Part shown: piece after piece, positions 16,386 to 17,918 of the stretch
Layout of the letters: each line of letters opens with the position of its first letter
Numbering within the stretch: position 1 is the first letter of the stretch
DNA from: a bacterium
GTDB taxonomy: Bacteria; SZUA-182; DTGQ01
Length of the DNA: 17,918 nt
NCBI GenBank assembly: GCA_040752695.1
Contig: JBFMGO010000119.1
Span: 1 to 17,918 of the forward strand
Direction of reading: 5' to 3'
Notes under the pieces: generated by a model
The model's input: only the letters and a program-made list of their open reading frames with translations
Databases searched by the model: none
What the model was told of the DNA's origin: nothing
Program-made: the position numbers and the translations under genes

Positions 16386-17753
16386 TCAAAACATATACTC
16401 GATATCGGAGCAGACACTGGGATAGGCGTAGATCGCTTTTTTCAGCTTTGATGCCGGTATATCGAGTCTCATGACCAGGGCAAATATATTGATAACCTCT
16501 TCGGCGTTCGGTCCCAGTAAATGGGCCCCGACTATCTTGTCTGCCTGCCTGTCGATTATTACCTTGGAGGCAGCATATTTCAGGTTTGTTCTCCGCGTGC
16601 TGTACCACTCGCTTCTGTCCCTGAAGATCACCTCATGGGTTTTTGATTTCCTTCGATTTTCCTCAAGTTCGCCCACACGGGCCAAAGGAGGCACCGTGAA
16701 TACGACACTCGGAATGCCGGTATAATCCACCTCCGTAGTGTTCCCTCCTATGATGTTGGCAGCGACGACAGCTCCTTCCATATCAGCGGCAGGTGTTAAA
16801 GGGAGACCGATCCTGATGCAGTCACCAGCGGCATACACTCTCGGATTGGAGACGCTTTGCAGATACCCGTTTACTGCTACGCCTCCTCCGCGTTCCTTTT
16901 CCACTCCTCCGCGCTCAAGATCCAGACTTTGAATTTCAGGGACACGGCCAGCTCCATGCACAGCCATTTGCGTTAAGATGGTCTCGAACATTTTGTTATT
17001 GGTCTTGACCAGGAGATGGTTGCCACCCCTTTCGATACCGATAACTTCCGTTTTGGTATAGATTTCAATACCTGCCTCTTTCGATGCCCTGACGAGCAGG
17101 TTTACCAGATTCGGATCGAATCTTTCCAGAGGTTGTTCATTTTTATGCAGGATTATTCCCCTGGAATCGGCCCGTGCTGCGATGTGGGCGAATTCAAAGG
17201 ATATACAGCCTCCTCCGATAAAGACAATGTCTCTGGGAAGGGTCGGAAGCTGCATAAACTCCTCACTGCTCGTCAGATATTCCTCTCCGGGGATGTTCAA
17301 TTTTCGCGGCCTGGCACCGGTTGCAATAACGATGAACCGGGCCGAAATTTTGTCGCTGCCCACGCTGATAGTCGATTCATTGAAAAAGTGTGCTGCCCCA
17401 CGGTAGGTGTCAATGCCCTGTTGCAGGAACCTTTCTTCCATCTCCCTGGGAACAGACTCGGTAAAGGTTTCCTTGAATTCCATGAGTGCCGGCCAATGAA
17501 TGGCCACTCTGGTATCAGCATTTCCCGCCCCTGTCTCTGGCCTGCCCTTGCCCTCCATTCTGTTGTACCAATCGACGAGTTCAGCCGCTCCGGTAAGCAC
17601 TTTTTTGGGATCACATCCCCTTAAGGCACAAGTTCCGCCGAATGGCCTCGAGTCGATAATAGCCACTTCCATCCCGGCATCTCTGCACTTGAAAGCAATA
17701 TGAGAGCCAGCGGTACCCGTGCCGATAACGATCAGATCATATTTTCCCCTCAT
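16386..17753 (-). CDS. Class I pyridine nucleotide-disulfide oxidoreductase (glutathione reductase-like), 455 aa
   Basis: IVIGTGTAG (FAD), GGTCALRGCDPKK redox CxxxxC, IATGARP, FIGGG (NAD(P)H), VYAAGD, PSVVFT.P, YAYPS; SD GAAAGGA before ATG 17753. Confidence 0.92.
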   Translation of the reverse strand: MRGKYDLIVIGTGTAGSHIAFKCRDAGMEVAIIDSRPFGGTCALRGCDPKKVLTGAAELVDWYNRMEGKGRPETGAGNADTRVAIHWPALMEFKETFTESVPREMEERFLQQGIDTYRGAAHFFNESTISVGSDKISARFIVIATGARPRKLNIPGEEYLTSSEEFMQLPTLPRDIVFIGGGCISFEFAHIAARADSRGIILHKNEQPLERFDPNLVNLLVRASKEAGIEIYTKTEVIGIERGGNHLLVKTNNKMFETILTQMAVHGAGRVPEIQSLDLERGGVEKERGGGVAVNGYLQSVSNPRVYAAGDCIRIGLPLTPAADMEGAVVAANIIGGNTTEVDYTGIPSVVFTVPPLARVGELEENRRKSKTHEVIFRDRSEWYSTRRTNLKYAASKVIIDRQADKIVGAHLLGPNAEEVINIFALVMRLDIPASKLKKAIYAYPSVCSDIEYMF

Positions 17754-17918
17754 CGTATCCTTTCTTGATCCGCTTTGCGATAATATTTCCTCATAGGCAT
17801 AATCGGCCTCATTGAAAGAAAGGTATTACCTCCCTCCTGTCCGATGCGCAATGTAGTCAATAAAACCCTGAATTTATCCGATAGGGAAATGTCAAACAAT
17901 AAAAATATGTAATAATAT

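Noticed and set aside
109..17703. Numerous short opposite-strand or alternate-frame ORFs in the track (e.g. 2212-2772, 4827-5441, 17016-17624, 3665-3922, 8361-8564)
   Set aside because: They are shadows of well-supported genes or translations of repeats, with no recognisable motifs.
16386..17753. Mercuric reductase MerA
   Set aside because: No C-terminal Cys-Cys pair, no N-terminal HMA domain and no mer operon genes.

Overview
Bacterial chromosomal window of mixed accessory genes, with no integrase, transposase, reverse transcriptase, CRISPR array or RNA gene visible. Minus strand, 64-7989: an exported pentaheme c-type cytochrome with a C-terminal Fn3 domain, an exported hypothetical protein, a benzoylformate-decarboxylase-like ThDP enzyme and an orphan family-5 (Opp/Dpp/NikA-like) solute-binding protein. 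These are followed by a divergent MATE exporter, a DUF2267-like protein, a secreted collagen/15-aa-repeat/peptidase-S74 'tail-fibre-like' protein, a PIMT-erythromycin esterase fusion, an AT-rich hicB-like/truncated hicA module and a glutathione-reductase-like flavoprotein. The most unusual signals lie between or inside genes: a 27-codon mini-ORF built from duplicated SD+ATG units and ATGA-coupled at both ends ahead of the cytochrome, two in-phase heptamer arrays, several degenerate ~26-bp tandem repeats, a near-consensus sigma28 promoter, a multi-stem leader before the MATE gene, and a hicA remnant missed by the ORF track. I see no clearly complete novel multi-gene system. All protein calls come from motif recognition, not database searches.
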